In this document: positions 33,289 to 42,587 of the stretch, one piece after another
How positions within the stretch are numbered: the first letter of the stretch is position 1
How the letters are laid out: every line of letters starts with the position of its first letter
IMG/VR virus record: IMGVR_UViG_3300030060_007423
Span: 32,001-96,000 of that record
From: a virus
DNA: 64,000 nucleotides
Direction: 5' to 3' (one strand)
Notes under the pieces: model-generated
The model's input: only the letters and a program-made list of their open reading frames with translations
Databases searched by the model: none
Told to the model about the DNA's origin: nothing
Program-made: the position numbers and the translations under genes

Positions 33289-35727
33289 ATGAATAAATTC
33301 AAAATATCACGTATTACGTCAAAGTTTGACAAAGGAATGTGGAACATCTATCAATTTGGATATGATGAAGACGGCAAGTTTGTCACAAAAGTAGATAAAG
33401 TAAGGGATTACTTTTATTACTCATCAGATAACATAAACGACATTATGGGAGTCAATGGACTAGATTTTAGTGACACTCAATTCTATGATAGTTTTTATGG
33501 AGAAAAAGTAAATAGGGTTTACTATAATTCAATAAAAAATCGTAATGAAATATCCAGAAAGTATGGAATGAAAACATATGAAGCTGATGTTTCACCTGAG
33601 TTTAAGTTTATGTTGGATAAAAACTTAGAGTGGTCAGACAAAAGACATAAAATGTATTATGATATTGAGTGTCATGTTGATTTGGAAAACCCAGATAGTA
33701 ATAAGCCAGAAAGAGCTGAACAACCTATCACGTCAATACAGTGTTATTCAACAGAAAAGAAATCATATTTTGTTTTTGCATGGCATCCAGAATTAACAGA
33801 AGAACATGAACAACCTAACATATACACTGAAGGTGAAACAACATATGTAATGTGTAAAACTGAAGAAGATGTTATTATGGGATTCATTAATCTTCTAAAT
33901 GTTAGTCATTGCGATGTATTGACTGGATGGTACTGTTCTGGTTTTGATATGCCATATATTATTAATAGGTGTAAAAAGTTAGGATTGCCTTATGAAGACA
34001 TATCTCCAGTTAAAGATATTTACATGAGAAAAAAAGGTGATTACTGGAGAATCAATATTAGAGGATTAGACCATGTTGATATGATGGAAGCATTACAAGA
34101 CATGAACTATAATCTTCCTAATTGGAAATTGGCAACAGCATCTAAAGAAATACTAGGTGAAGGTGAAATGGAAAAACTCACTGAAGTTACTTGGAAAGAT
34201 TGGCTAACTAATTTTGATGGTTTTATAAAGTATGGTATTCGTGATGTTCAAATTCTTAAAGAGATAGATGAAAAAATACAGTTGTTTGATTTGTATTGTA
34301 CACTTCAATCAATTAGTGGTGTAGAACAAATGCCTATGTGCTTTTTCAAATCGGTCGTAGTTGATAGTTATATCTTAAAAGACAATCATAATAAGATCAT
34401 ATTTCCAAATAGGATAACACGTCCTAGAAAGAATTATGCAGGTGCAATTGTATTTAACCCAACAGAACCTGGAAGGCATAAAGATGTAACGGTTATGGAC
34501 TACACATCACTTTATCCTACTAGTATTATGTCATTCAATATTAGCCCAGAAACATTTATATGTTCAAAAGAACAATGTGACAATATGGGAATGAACATAC
34601 AGGATATTGTTGATAAACTTAAAGAAGAAGACACTGATTTTATTGATACAGGTGAAGATGAAACATTATTTGGTGGTAGGTATTTATTTTATGGCCATTC
34701 ATACAAGGTTGGACTTTTACCAAAAATATTAAAAAAGTTATTTTTACAGCGAGTTGAAATAAATAAAGGTTTAGGTGAAGGAAAATATACAGGTGATGAT
34801 GCTGTTGCAATGGATAAAAGACAATGGGCATATAAACTTGTACTTAACTCTGCTTACGGTGCAATGGGTTTTAATTTCTTTAGACTGTACAAACCTGAAT
34901 GTGCTGATGCAATTACTTTCTTTGCAAGACAAGCATTAAAATTTGCAACACTAAAGTTTAATCCTGAACATAAAGTTTTATATGGTGATACTGATAGTAT
35001 ATTTGTAAAGTCAAATGGTAGTACTGAAGATGAAATGAAAGAAAAGCTAGTTAAATTTAATGACATGTTAAGAAATGAATATGTTACAAAATATAACCCA
35101 AAAGTTTCAGACGAGTATATGATGATGGACCTTAAATTTGAGTATGATTTGGAATACATTTATTTTGGTGAATCAAAAAAGAGATACTATGCAATAATAC
35201 GAGAATCTGGTAAAAAGTATATTAGAGGAATGAATATCATTAGAAAGGATGCACCAGAATTCTTAAAGAAAGCACTAAATGTTGTCACAGAAATGGCAAT
35301 AAGAGATACATTAAATTTTGACCACTTAACACAGTTGCGCCAAAAAATAGAAACTATTAATTATAAAGATATTGGTATATCTAAAAAGTTTACAAAGAGA
35401 TTTAACCAATACTTAAAGAATAAACCACAACACCTAAAAGCTGCATTGTGGGCAAATGAAAAGTTAGGTACAAGTATAACAAATTTAGACGCACCATATT
35501 TGTTTTACATAAAGAGTAAGTGTGAAGATGATGTAAAGATTAGGGAAAGACAAACTGCAATATGTTTGAATGAAGAAGATTTACATTTGATAGATGATAG
35601 AACAGAAGTGTTTGAAATAGATTATGAAACATATTTTTCAAAACAAGTTTTGGAACAATTAGAAGAGTTCAAATTGATTGAAAATGTTGATAATTTATTA
35701 CAGCAATATGAGAGTTTAGTTAGTTAA
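33289..35727 (+). CDS. polB: Family B DNA polymerase with 3'-5' exonuclease
   Basis: YYDIE, GWY..GFDMPY, Y..RDV, DYTSLYP, KLVLNSAYG, YGDTDS, KKRY. Start moved to ATG 33289 because the upstream extension overlaps the tRNA and promoter. Confidence 0.95.
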   Translation: MNKFKISRITSKFDKGMWNIYQFGYDEDGKFVTKVDKVRDYFYYSSDNINDIMGVNGLDFSDTQFYDSFYGEKVNRVYYNSIKNRNEISRKYGMKTYEADVSPEFKFMLDKNLEWSDKRHKMYYDIECHVDLENPDSNKPERAEQPITSIQCYSTEKKSYFVFAWHPELTEEHEQPNIYTEGETTYVMCKTEEDVIMGFINLLNVSHCDVLTGWYCSGFDMPYIINRCKKLGLPYEDISPVKDIYMRKKGDYWRINIRGLDHVDMMEALQDMNYNLPNWKLATASKEILGEGEMEKLTEVTWKDWLTNFDGFIKYGIRDVQILKEIDEKIQLFDLYCTLQSISGVEQMPMCFFKSVVVDSYILKDNHNKIIFPNRITRPRKNYAGAIVFNPTEPGRHKDVTVMDYTSLYPTSIMSFNISPETFICSKEQCDNMGMNIQDIVDKLKEEDTDFIDTGEDETLFGGRYLFYGHSYKVGLLPKILKKLFLQRVEINKGLGEGKYTGDDAVAMDKRQWAYKLVLNSAYGAMGFNFFRLYKPECADAITFFARQALKFATLKFNPEHKVLYGDTDSIFVKSNGSTEDEMKEKLVKFNDMLRNEYVTKYNPKVSDEYMMMDLKFEYDLEYIYFGESKKRYYAIIRESGKKYIRGMNIIRKDAPEFLKKALNVVTEMAIRDTLNFDHLTQLRQKIETINYKDIGISKKFTKRFNQYLKNKPQHLKAALWANEKLGTSITNLDAPYLFYIKSKCEDDVKIRERQTAICLNEEDLHLIDDRTEVFEIDYETYFSKQVLEQLEEFKLIENVDNLLQQYESLVS

Positions 35728-35731
35728 GAAG

Positions 35732-35741
35732 TATATTTATA
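35732..35741 (+). promoter_or_regulatory. Class-2 motif TATATTTATA
   Basis: Upstream of groES-groEL. Confidence 0.5.
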
Positions 35742-35786
35742 TATACAAAAAGGTTATTAATATACACATAATAAATGGAGGTTACA

Positions 35787-36083
35787 ATGGAAAAATTAAA
35801 TCCAATAGGCGATAGAATCGTATTAAAAGCAATTGACCCAGATGAAATGACATCAGGAGGAGTTATTCTTCCAGATATTGCACAAGAAGAAACCATGTTA
35901 GGTACTGTATGTTCAGTTGGACCAGGTGAAGTATTATCTTCTGGCCAAATAGGATATATGCAATGTAAAGTAGGTGATACAGTAATGTACCCAAAATACG
36001 GTGCAAAAAAGATTGAGGTTGATGGTGAAGACTATTTAGTCATTCGTGAAAAAGAATTATTAGTTATTATTAAGGAGAAATAA
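35787..36083 (+). CDS. groES: Co-chaperonin GroES
   Basis: PIGDRIVL, TSGGVILPD, VGPG, KVGDTV..PKYG; GGAGG SD before ATG 35787. Confidence 0.95.
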   Translation: MEKLNPIGDRIVLKAIDPDEMTSGGVILPDIAQEETMLGTVCSVGPGEVLSSGQIGYMQCKVGDTVMYPKYGAKKIEVDGEDYLVIREKELLVIIKEK

Positions 36084-36085
36084 AA

Positions 36086-37720
36086 ATGAAAAAAGGTCCA
36101 AAAAAGATATCATTTGACAAGAATGCTAAAGAAGGATTATATTCTGGTATTGACATTTTATGCGATGCTGTAAAGACAACATTAGGCCCAAAGGGTAGAA
36201 ATGTAGTAATTGAAAAAGAATTTGGTGAATATGTTTCAACAAAGGATGGTGTAACAGTTGCAGAAGAGGTTGAATTACCTGATTCTATTGAAAATGCTGG
36301 TGCACAAATGGTGAAAGAGGTTGCCAAGCAAGTAAATGATGAAGCTGGTGATGGAACAACAACCGCAACAGTGTTGGCACATAGTATTATTAAAAGTGGT
36401 CTTGGAGTTTCTAACAGGTCAAACCCAGTTGAAGTAAAGAGAGGAATGGATAAAGCTGTAGATACTATCCGTCAAAATTTAAGTAAACTTAGTAAGCAAA
36501 TAGAGTCTGAAACTGAAATTCAACAAGTTGCAAGAATCTCTGCAAATAATGATTCTGAAATTGGAAATCTTATTTCTGAAGCAATGGATAAAGTAGGACG
36601 TGAAGGTGTAATTACTGTTGAGGAAGGAAAGTCTTCAGAGACAAATTTAGAAGTTGTTGAAGGTCTTCAGTTTGATAGAGGTTATTTATCTCCATATTTT
36701 GTAAATTCAAATGAAAAGATGATGTGCCAATTGGAGAATGCGTGGGTTCTTTTATATGACAAGAGAATATCTAGTCTAAAATCAATTGTTAAGCCATTAG
36801 AGATGGCAATACAGGCTGATAAACCATTAGTGATTATTGCTGAAGATGTTGATGGTGAAGCATTGGCAGGACTTATTGTCAATAAAGCAAGAGGAACATG
36901 TAAAGTTGCAGCTGTAAAGGCACCTGGATTTGGTGATAAGAGAAATGCAATGTTACAAGATATTGCAGTTTTAACTGGTGGTACTGTAGTTTCAACAACA
37001 AAGGGTATGAAACTTGAGAAGATAACACCTGATATGTTTGGTTCTGCTAAATTAATTAGTATAACTGGTAAAAATACAACTATCGTTGATGGTGGTGGAG
37101 ATTCTGAAGCAGTTTTAGCACGTGCAACAGAAATCAAAGACCAAATAGATACATCAGATTCAGGCTATGAAATAGAATCTCTTCAGGAAAGACTTGGAAA
37201 AATGACTGGTGGTGTTGCAATCTTAAATATTGGTGCACAATCAGAAATTGAGCTTAAGGAAAAGAAATATAGAGTAGAAGATGCATTAGCTGCAACACGT
37301 GCCGCAATTGATGAAGGTATTGTACCAGGTGGTGGTATAGCATTAAGACTAGCTTGTGAAGATATTAATTCAGATGATTTGAATAAAGACCAACAAATTG
37401 GTTTTGATATTGTAAAAGTTGCATGTAAAGCACCATTCAATGCAATCATGGAAAATGCAGGATTAAATCCAGAGGTAATATGGAACAATGTATGTACAAC
37501 ATCTGATTTAGATTTTGCAGGATTTGACGCAAGAAATGAAGAAGTTGTTGATATGTATAAGGCTGGAATCGTTGATCCTAATAAAGTTACTAGGGTTGCT
37601 CTTGAAAAAGCAGTATCCGTTTCAGGTACAATCTTAACAACAGAATGTGTAATTAATAAACTCCCAGAGGAAGAAGGCAAAGAGCCACCAATGATGGGAG
37701 GAGGATTTGGGATAGGATAA
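36086..37720 (+). CDS. groEL: Chaperonin GroEL
   Basis: TLGPKGRNV, TKDGVTVA, GDGTTTATV, FDRGYLSPYF, KAPGFGD, GIVPGGG, Gly/Met-rich tail. Confidence 0.97.
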   Translation: MKKGPKKISFDKNAKEGLYSGIDILCDAVKTTLGPKGRNVVIEKEFGEYVSTKDGVTVAEEVELPDSIENAGAQMVKEVAKQVNDEAGDGTTTATVLAHSIIKSGLGVSNRSNPVEVKRGMDKAVDTIRQNLSKLSKQIESETEIQQVARISANNDSEIGNLISEAMDKVGREGVITVEEGKSSETNLEVVEGLQFDRGYLSPYFVNSNEKMMCQLENAWVLLYDKRISSLKSIVKPLEMAIQADKPLVIIAEDVDGEALAGLIVNKARGTCKVAAVKAPGFGDKRNAMLQDIAVLTGGTVVSTTKGMKLEKITPDMFGSAKLISITGKNTTIVDGGGDSEAVLARATEIKDQIDTSDSGYEIESLQERLGKMTGGVAILNIGAQSEIELKEKKYRVEDALAATRAAIDEGIVPGGGIALRLACEDINSDDLNKDQQIGFDIVKVACKAPFNAIMENAGLNPEVIWNNVCTTSDLDFAGFDARNEEVVDMYKAGIVDPNKVTRVALEKAVSVSGTILTTECVINKLPEEEGKEPPMMGGGFGIG

Positions 37721-37977
37721 TGAGTGATAATAAACAAAAGATAAATATAAATCTAAACGACATGGATGATGTTGTTTGTGAATCATGTGGAAATCCTACA
37801 TTTATTCAAGTGGTACTATTAAAACGTGTTTCAGCCGTAATGTCGCCAAATGGAAAGAAAAGTTTTTTACCAATGCCTGTATTTGAGTGTAGTAGTTGTG
37901 GTCATGTTAATGACGAGCTCTTACCCCAACAAGCAGACAAGAAAGATAGTGAGGGAACATTTAATCTTGGCGGATAA
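37720..37977 (+). CDS. Zn-ribbon protein
   Basis: CESC...CSSC. Confidence 0.75.
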   Translation: MSDNKQKININLNDMDDVVCESCGNPTFIQVVLLKRVSAVMSPNGKKSFLPMPVFECSSCGHVNDELLPQQADKKDSEGTFNLGG

Positions 37978-38164
37978 TGTTAAACATCCAAAGCATTATA
38001 CTACAGGAATAGAAATGTGGGATTATGCTTATTCTCAAAAACTAGATTTTTTTGAGGGAAACATTATTAAGTATGTTACAAGATGGCGACATAAAAATGG
38101 TATGGAAGATTTATTAAAGGCAAAACAATATTTAGATAAACTTATAGAAAATAACACTAAATAA
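37967..38164 (+). CDS. DUF3310 / T7 gp1.7-like protein
   Basis: DNVKHPKHY..GIE.WD...FFEGNIIKYVTRW..KNGMEDLLKAKQYL. Probable TTG start at 37967. Confidence 0.85.
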   Translation: MADNVKHPKHYTTGIEMWDYAYSQKLDFFEGNIIKYVTRWRHKNGMEDLLKAKQYLDKLIENNTK

Positions 38165-38196
38165 ATTTTAATAATTCGCAAAAATTGGTTATATTA
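38161..38196 (+). promoter_or_regulatory. Class-1 promoter motif
   Basis: ATAAATTTTAATAATTCGCAAAAATTGGTTATATTA; ATG 38202 follows within 6 nt of TATATT. Confidence 0.65.
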
Positions 38197-38201
38197 TATA
38201 C

Positions 38202-39131
38202 ATGAAAATTAAAACACCTAAAGATTTGGCAATAAAGGCAAGAATGATGGGTAAGAAAACTATTTCTTACAGTCAGTTCAATATGTACAAAACTTGCCCT
38301 CGCCAATGGAAATTAAATTATATAGACAAACATAGGGAATTTGAACCTTCTATATATTTAACATTTGGTACATCTATGCACGAGGTTATTCAACATTATC
38401 TTGAAGTGATGTATGGTGATTCAATTAAAGCAGCAGATAGTATAGACCTTCATAAAATGCTAAAAGAAAGAATGCAGCATAATTATAAGGAAACATTAGC
38501 TGAATTTGATGGAAAACATTTTTCAAGTCAAAACCAAATGATGGAATTTTATTGGGATGGTGTTGAAATAATAGATTACCTAAAGAAAAAACGAGGTGCT
38601 TATTTTAGTAAAAAGAATTGTGAATTGGTTGGAATAGAAATGCCAATTTTTCATGAAACTGAAATCAATCCAAATATTATGATGACAGGTTTTATTGACT
38701 TAGTAATAAGAGAACACAATAAAATAAAAATCATAGATATTAAAACCAGTACAATGGGTTGGAGACCATCACAAAAGAAAGAAAATGGTGACCAGCTTAG
38801 AATTTATAAAGAATATTTTGCAAGACAATACGGAACTGATATTAATGATATTGAGATTGAGTATTTTATAGTCAAAAGAAAACTTTATGAAAATTTAGAT
38901 TTTCCACAGCGAAGAATACAAACATATTCACCAGCATCTGGAAAACCTAGCATTAATAAAACAAACAAAAATTTGGCAAAATTCATTTCAGAAGCATTTA
39001 CTACTGATGGAAAACATAACTTACAAGGTGAATATCCTGCAACCAAAGGTGAAAAGAATAAAAATTGTAAGTGGTGCCCGTTTAAGACAAATTATGAATT
39101 ATGCCCAAAAGATAAAAGGATTATTTTATGA
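38202..39131 (+). CDS. PD-(D/E)xK nuclease, Cas4/AddB/RecB-like with Fe-S cysteines
   Basis: SYSQ...CPRQW, FGT..H, E, GFIDL, IIDIKTS, QLRIY, C-terminal CKWCPF....C. Confidence 0.88.
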   Translation: MKIKTPKDLAIKARMMGKKTISYSQFNMYKTCPRQWKLNYIDKHREFEPSIYLTFGTSMHEVIQHYLEVMYGDSIKAADSIDLHKMLKERMQHNYKETLAEFDGKHFSSQNQMMEFYWDGVEIIDYLKKKRGAYFSKKNCELVGIEMPIFHETEINPNIMMTGFIDLVIREHNKIKIIDIKTSTMGWRPSQKKENGDQLRIYKEYFARQYGTDINDIEIEYFIVKRKLYENLDFPQRRIQTYSPASGKPSINKTNKNLAKFISEAFTTDGKHNLQGEYPATKGEKNKNCKWCPFKTNYELCPKDKRIIL

Positions 39132-39886
39132 TATATTGGTTTACAGGCCAGCCAGGTGCTGGTAAAACAACATTGGCTAAAGCAATGATAGAAAAATGTA
39201 GTGACAACTGCATTCATATTGACGGTGATGGTTTAAGAGATTTATTCCAAAACTTTGATTACTCACCAGCTGGGCGAACAAAGAATATACAATCCGTACT
39301 GGACTTATGTAGATTTTTAGATAATAAAGGTTTAACGGTTGTTGTATCAGTTGTTGCACCATATAAAGAAATGCGTGATTCATTAAAAAATACAAATGAT
39401 GTAACTGAGATATATGTTCACACAACTGAGACTAGAGGTAGGGAAGATTATTTTGCAAAAGATTATGAAGCACCTACGGAAGATTTCATTGATATGGACA
39501 CTACAGATATTTCTATTGATGATTGCTTAGACAAAATATCATTTAATAGAGAAAAGAAGCATACATATTTTTGTGACATTGATGGAACAATATTTAAGTA
39601 TAGAAAATTTGAAACATACACAACTTCAGATGCTGAACCAATAATGTCAACAGTTGATAAATTAAATGAATGGTATGATGACGGTCATATGATAATTTTA
39701 ACAACTGCCAGACCTGAAGATATGAGAGAACATACTATCAAAGAATTAGTTGATAATAGCATACCATTTGATAGATTAATAATGGGGATTGAGCGAGGAC
39801 CAAGATATCTTATCAATGATATGGATCCTAACAAGCCAGGAGAGAGAGCAATTGCACTAAATTTACAAAGAGACAAAGGAATATGA
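39128..39886 (+). CDS. cysC: Adenylylsulfate kinase fused to a C-terminal HAD domain
   Basis: WFTGQPGAGKTT, IDGDGLR, VVAPY, EIYV, YEAP; followed by FCDIDGT...LTTAR...LIND. Confidence 0.88.
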   Translation: MIYWFTGQPGAGKTTLAKAMIEKCSDNCIHIDGDGLRDLFQNFDYSPAGRTKNIQSVLDLCRFLDNKGLTVVVSVVAPYKEMRDSLKNTNDVTEIYVHTTETRGREDYFAKDYEAPTEDFIDMDTTDISIDDCLDKISFNREKKHTYFCDIDGTIFKYRKFETYTTSDAEPIMSTVDKLNEWYDDGHMIILTTARPEDMREHTIKELVDNSIPFDRLIMGIERGPRYLINDMDPNKPGERAIALNLQRDKGI

Positions 39887-40236
39887 AATACTCAATGTTT
39901 ATAGGAAGGTGGCAGCCTTGGCATGATGGCCATCAATGGTTAATTGACCAAAGAATTAAAGAAGGAAAAAATATCTGTATAGCAATTAGAGATATTGAAC
40001 CAAATGAAAATCAACCTTGGACACCACAAGAAGTTGAAGAAAATCTTAATAACAGATTTGCAAAAGAAATAGCAGATGGAAGTATAAAGGTTGTAATAAT
40101 TCCAGATATTGAATCTGTTAATTATGGAAGAGGTGTGGGATATGAAATCATTGAACATGTACCACCAACAAAGGTTGAAAAAATATCAGCAACGAAAATT
40201 AGAAAACAAATGAGGGAAAAGGGATTACTACAGTGA
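39883..40236 (+). CDS. Small HxGH nucleotidyltransferase (cytidylyltransferase-like)
   Basis: FIGRWQPWHDGH, YGRGVGY, ISATKIR. Confidence 0.85.
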   Translation: MKYSMFIGRWQPWHDGHQWLIDQRIKEGKNICIAIRDIEPNENQPWTPQEVEENLNNRFAKEIADGSIKVVIIPDIESVNYGRGVGYEIIEHVPPTKVEKISATKIRKQMREKGLLQ

Positions 40237-40454
40237 CAAGAAATAAGTGGGCAGCAAGAAAGAGGCATATTGTAAAAACAATTACATGGAGAATTGTTGG
40301 TACTTTAGATACAATGGCATTAGGTTGGCTTGTTAGTGGTGACCCAATGATTGGGTTAAAGGTAGGTGCACTTGAATTGTTTACAAAGATGATATTATAC
40401 TATTTTCACGAAAGAGCTTGGTATGGTTATAGACCAAATAGGAATAGAAAGTAA
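40233..40454 (+). CDS. DUF2061 membrane protein
   Basis: RHIVKTITWRIVGTLDT...E..TKMILYYFHERAW. Confidence 0.9.
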   Translation: MTRNKWAARKRHIVKTITWRIVGTLDTMALGWLVSGDPMIGLKVGALELFTKMILYYFHERAWYGYRPNRNRK

Positions 40455-40855
40455 TGAAAATAGGAATAGTTGGTAGTAACACATATGAGAATAAACGAAA
40501 GATTAAGCAAACAGTATTTGACTTAACAAAGAAATTTGGTGATAGGTTAATTGTTGTTAGTGGCGGTGGCCAACACGGTGCTGACAAGTACGCTAAAAAA
40601 TATGCATTAGAACTAGGCTGTGAATATAGGGAAGTAAATCCAGCTCACACTCAAAAAACACTGTACTCAATTATGTCAGAAAATTGGTACAATAAACCAT
40701 ATAAAACAAAAAATTATTTTACAAGAAATACCATTTTGGCAAGATATGTAGATTATTTAATAGCATTTATTCCAAGAGGTGAAGAAAGTAAGGGAACAGA
40801 ATATACAATTTTTGAAGCAAGAAAATTTCGCAAAAAAGTTGTCATTATTCATTAG
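40454..40855 (+). CDS. SLOG/YspA-like (DUF2493) protein
   Basis: IGIVGS, VVSGG...GAD..A, RN, IAF...SKGT. Confidence 0.8.
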   Translation: MKIGIVGSNTYENKRKIKQTVFDLTKKFGDRLIVVSGGGQHGADKYAKKYALELGCEYREVNPAHTQKTLYSIMSENWYNKPYKTKNYFTRNTILARYVDYLIAFIPRGEESKGTEYTIFEARKFRKKVVIIH

Positions 40856-40871
40856 TTTTTAATTTTATGAT

Positions 40872-40881
40872 TATATTTATA
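40872..40881 (+). promoter_or_regulatory. Class-2 motif TATATTTATA
   Basis: Upstream of the small RHH-like gene and the GT4 pair. Confidence 0.5.
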
Positions 40882-40913
40882 TATGTATATTCATATATAA
40901 AGGAGATAATAAG

Positions 40914-41105
40914 ATGACACAAGACAAACTTAAATTAACATCTGTTAAAATTTCTGAAGACTTACATAGAAATTTTAAGATTAAGGGAATACAAGACAAC
41001 CTTAATTTTCAAAAGATAACTAATAGGGCAATTCACCTATATTTAACAGATAAAACATTTAGACAGAAAATTTTAGAAACCACGTTATTAGGCAAAAATT
41101 TATAG
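40914..41105 (+). CDS. Small ribbon-helix-helix-like protein
   Basis: 63 aa; LTSVKI strand followed by two helices; AAGGAG SD. Confidence 0.55.
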   Translation: MTQDKLKLTSVKISEDLHRNFKIKGIQDNLNFQKITNRAIHLYLTDKTFRQKILETTLLGKNL

Positions 41106-41123
41106 ATTATTAAGGAAGAGGTT

Positions 41124-42578
41124 ATGGAAATTAAATTACCAAAATTAAGAAGTGTAGACCCAAATAAACCAAAGAAGAAAAAAATACTACTACTATCCGA
41201 TGACTTAAGATTACATTCAGGTGTTGGTACAGTATCAAAAAATTTAGTTTTTGGAACAGCTGATAGGTATGATTGGGTTCAATTAGGTGGAGCTGTAAAA
41301 CACCCAGACGATGGAAAACTTTTAGATATAAGTGACCAAGTAAAAGAAGAAACTGGTGTAAATGATGCATCAGTAAGAATATACCCAAGTTCAGGTTATG
41401 GAACTCAAGAAATTGTTAGACACATCATTTCACAAGAAAAGCCAGATGCAATCATCCATTTTACAGACCCTAGGTTTTGGCAATGGTTATATCAAATGGA
41501 ACATGAAATACGTCAAACAATACCTCTTGGCTACTTAAATATTTGGGATGATTTACCTTACCCGCATTGGAATGAACCATTTTATGAGTCATGTGATTTG
41601 TTAATGGGTATATCAAAACAAACTGTTAACATAAACAGAAATGTTTGCCAAAACAAACCACGAACTGATTGGGATTTAACGTATGTACAGCATGGTATAT
41701 CAACAGACCAATATTACCCAATAGATGAAAAACATCCAGAATTTAACGAAATGTTAAAATTTGAAAATACATTATTTGGTGGTAAAACTCCAGGATTCGT
41801 TGTAATGTATAATAGCAGAAATATTAGAAGAAAGGCTACTTCTGACTTAATGTTAGCTTTTAAGCTATTTTGTGATAGGCTATCAAAAGAAGATGCTAAT
41901 GACTGTTATTTATTATTACATACAAATAAGGTTGATGATGCAGGTACTGATTTACAAGCTGTAAAAGATAACTTATTACCAAATTATAATGTAATATTTA
42001 GTGAAGCAAAATTAACAACAAAACAGTTAAACTACTTGTATAACATTTCAGATTTAGGTGCAAATATTAGTTCAGCAGAAGGTTTTGGATTAAGTTGTAT
42101 GGAGGCAATTCAATCTGGAACACCTGTACTCGTAAACTGTATTGGTGGATTGCAAGACCAAGTTGGTATAATTAAAGATGACGGAGAATATCTTAAATTA
42201 GAAGATTTTACAGCAGATTGGCCAAGTAATAGTAATGGTAGGTATAAGAATCATGGAGAATGGTCATTTGTTGTGTGGCCACAAATAAATCTACAAGGTT
42301 CACCACTTACACCATACATTTATGATTCTAGGTGTAGTATACCTGATGTAACTGACCAAATTGAAAAAGCATATAACTTAGGAACAACTGAATTGGCAAG
42401 ACGAGGTATGAAGGGAAGAGAATGGGCAATTGAAAATGGCTTTACAGCCAAAGAAATGTGTAATGCATTTGAAAGGTCTATGGAAGGTTGTTGGAAAAAT
42501 TGGACACCAAGAAAAAGATTTACATTAGTTAATGCACAAGACAAATTACCAGAATATCCAGTAGGACATAATTTTTAG
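41124..42578 (+). CDS. GT4-family glycosyltransferase
   Basis: ILLLSDD...SGVG, NSRN..RK, LYNISD...SAEGFGLS..EA..SGTPV. Confidence 0.9.
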   Translation: MEIKLPKLRSVDPNKPKKKKILLLSDDLRLHSGVGTVSKNLVFGTADRYDWVQLGGAVKHPDDGKLLDISDQVKEETGVNDASVRIYPSSGYGTQEIVRHIISQEKPDAIIHFTDPRFWQWLYQMEHEIRQTIPLGYLNIWDDLPYPHWNEPFYESCDLLMGISKQTVNINRNVCQNKPRTDWDLTYVQHGISTDQYYPIDEKHPEFNEMLKFENTLFGGKTPGFVVMYNSRNIRRKATSDLMLAFKLFCDRLSKEDANDCYLLLHTNKVDDAGTDLQAVKDNLLPNYNVIFSEAKLTTKQLNYLYNISDLGANISSAEGFGLSCMEAIQSGTPVLVNCIGGLQDQVGIIKDDGEYLKLEDFTADWPSNSNGRYKNHGEWSFVVWPQINLQGSPLTPYIYDSRCSIPDVTDQIEKAYNLGTTELARRGMKGREWAIENGFTAKEMCNAFERSMEGCWKNWTPRKRFTLVNAQDKLPEYPVGHNF

Positions 42579-42587
42579 GAGAAAAAA

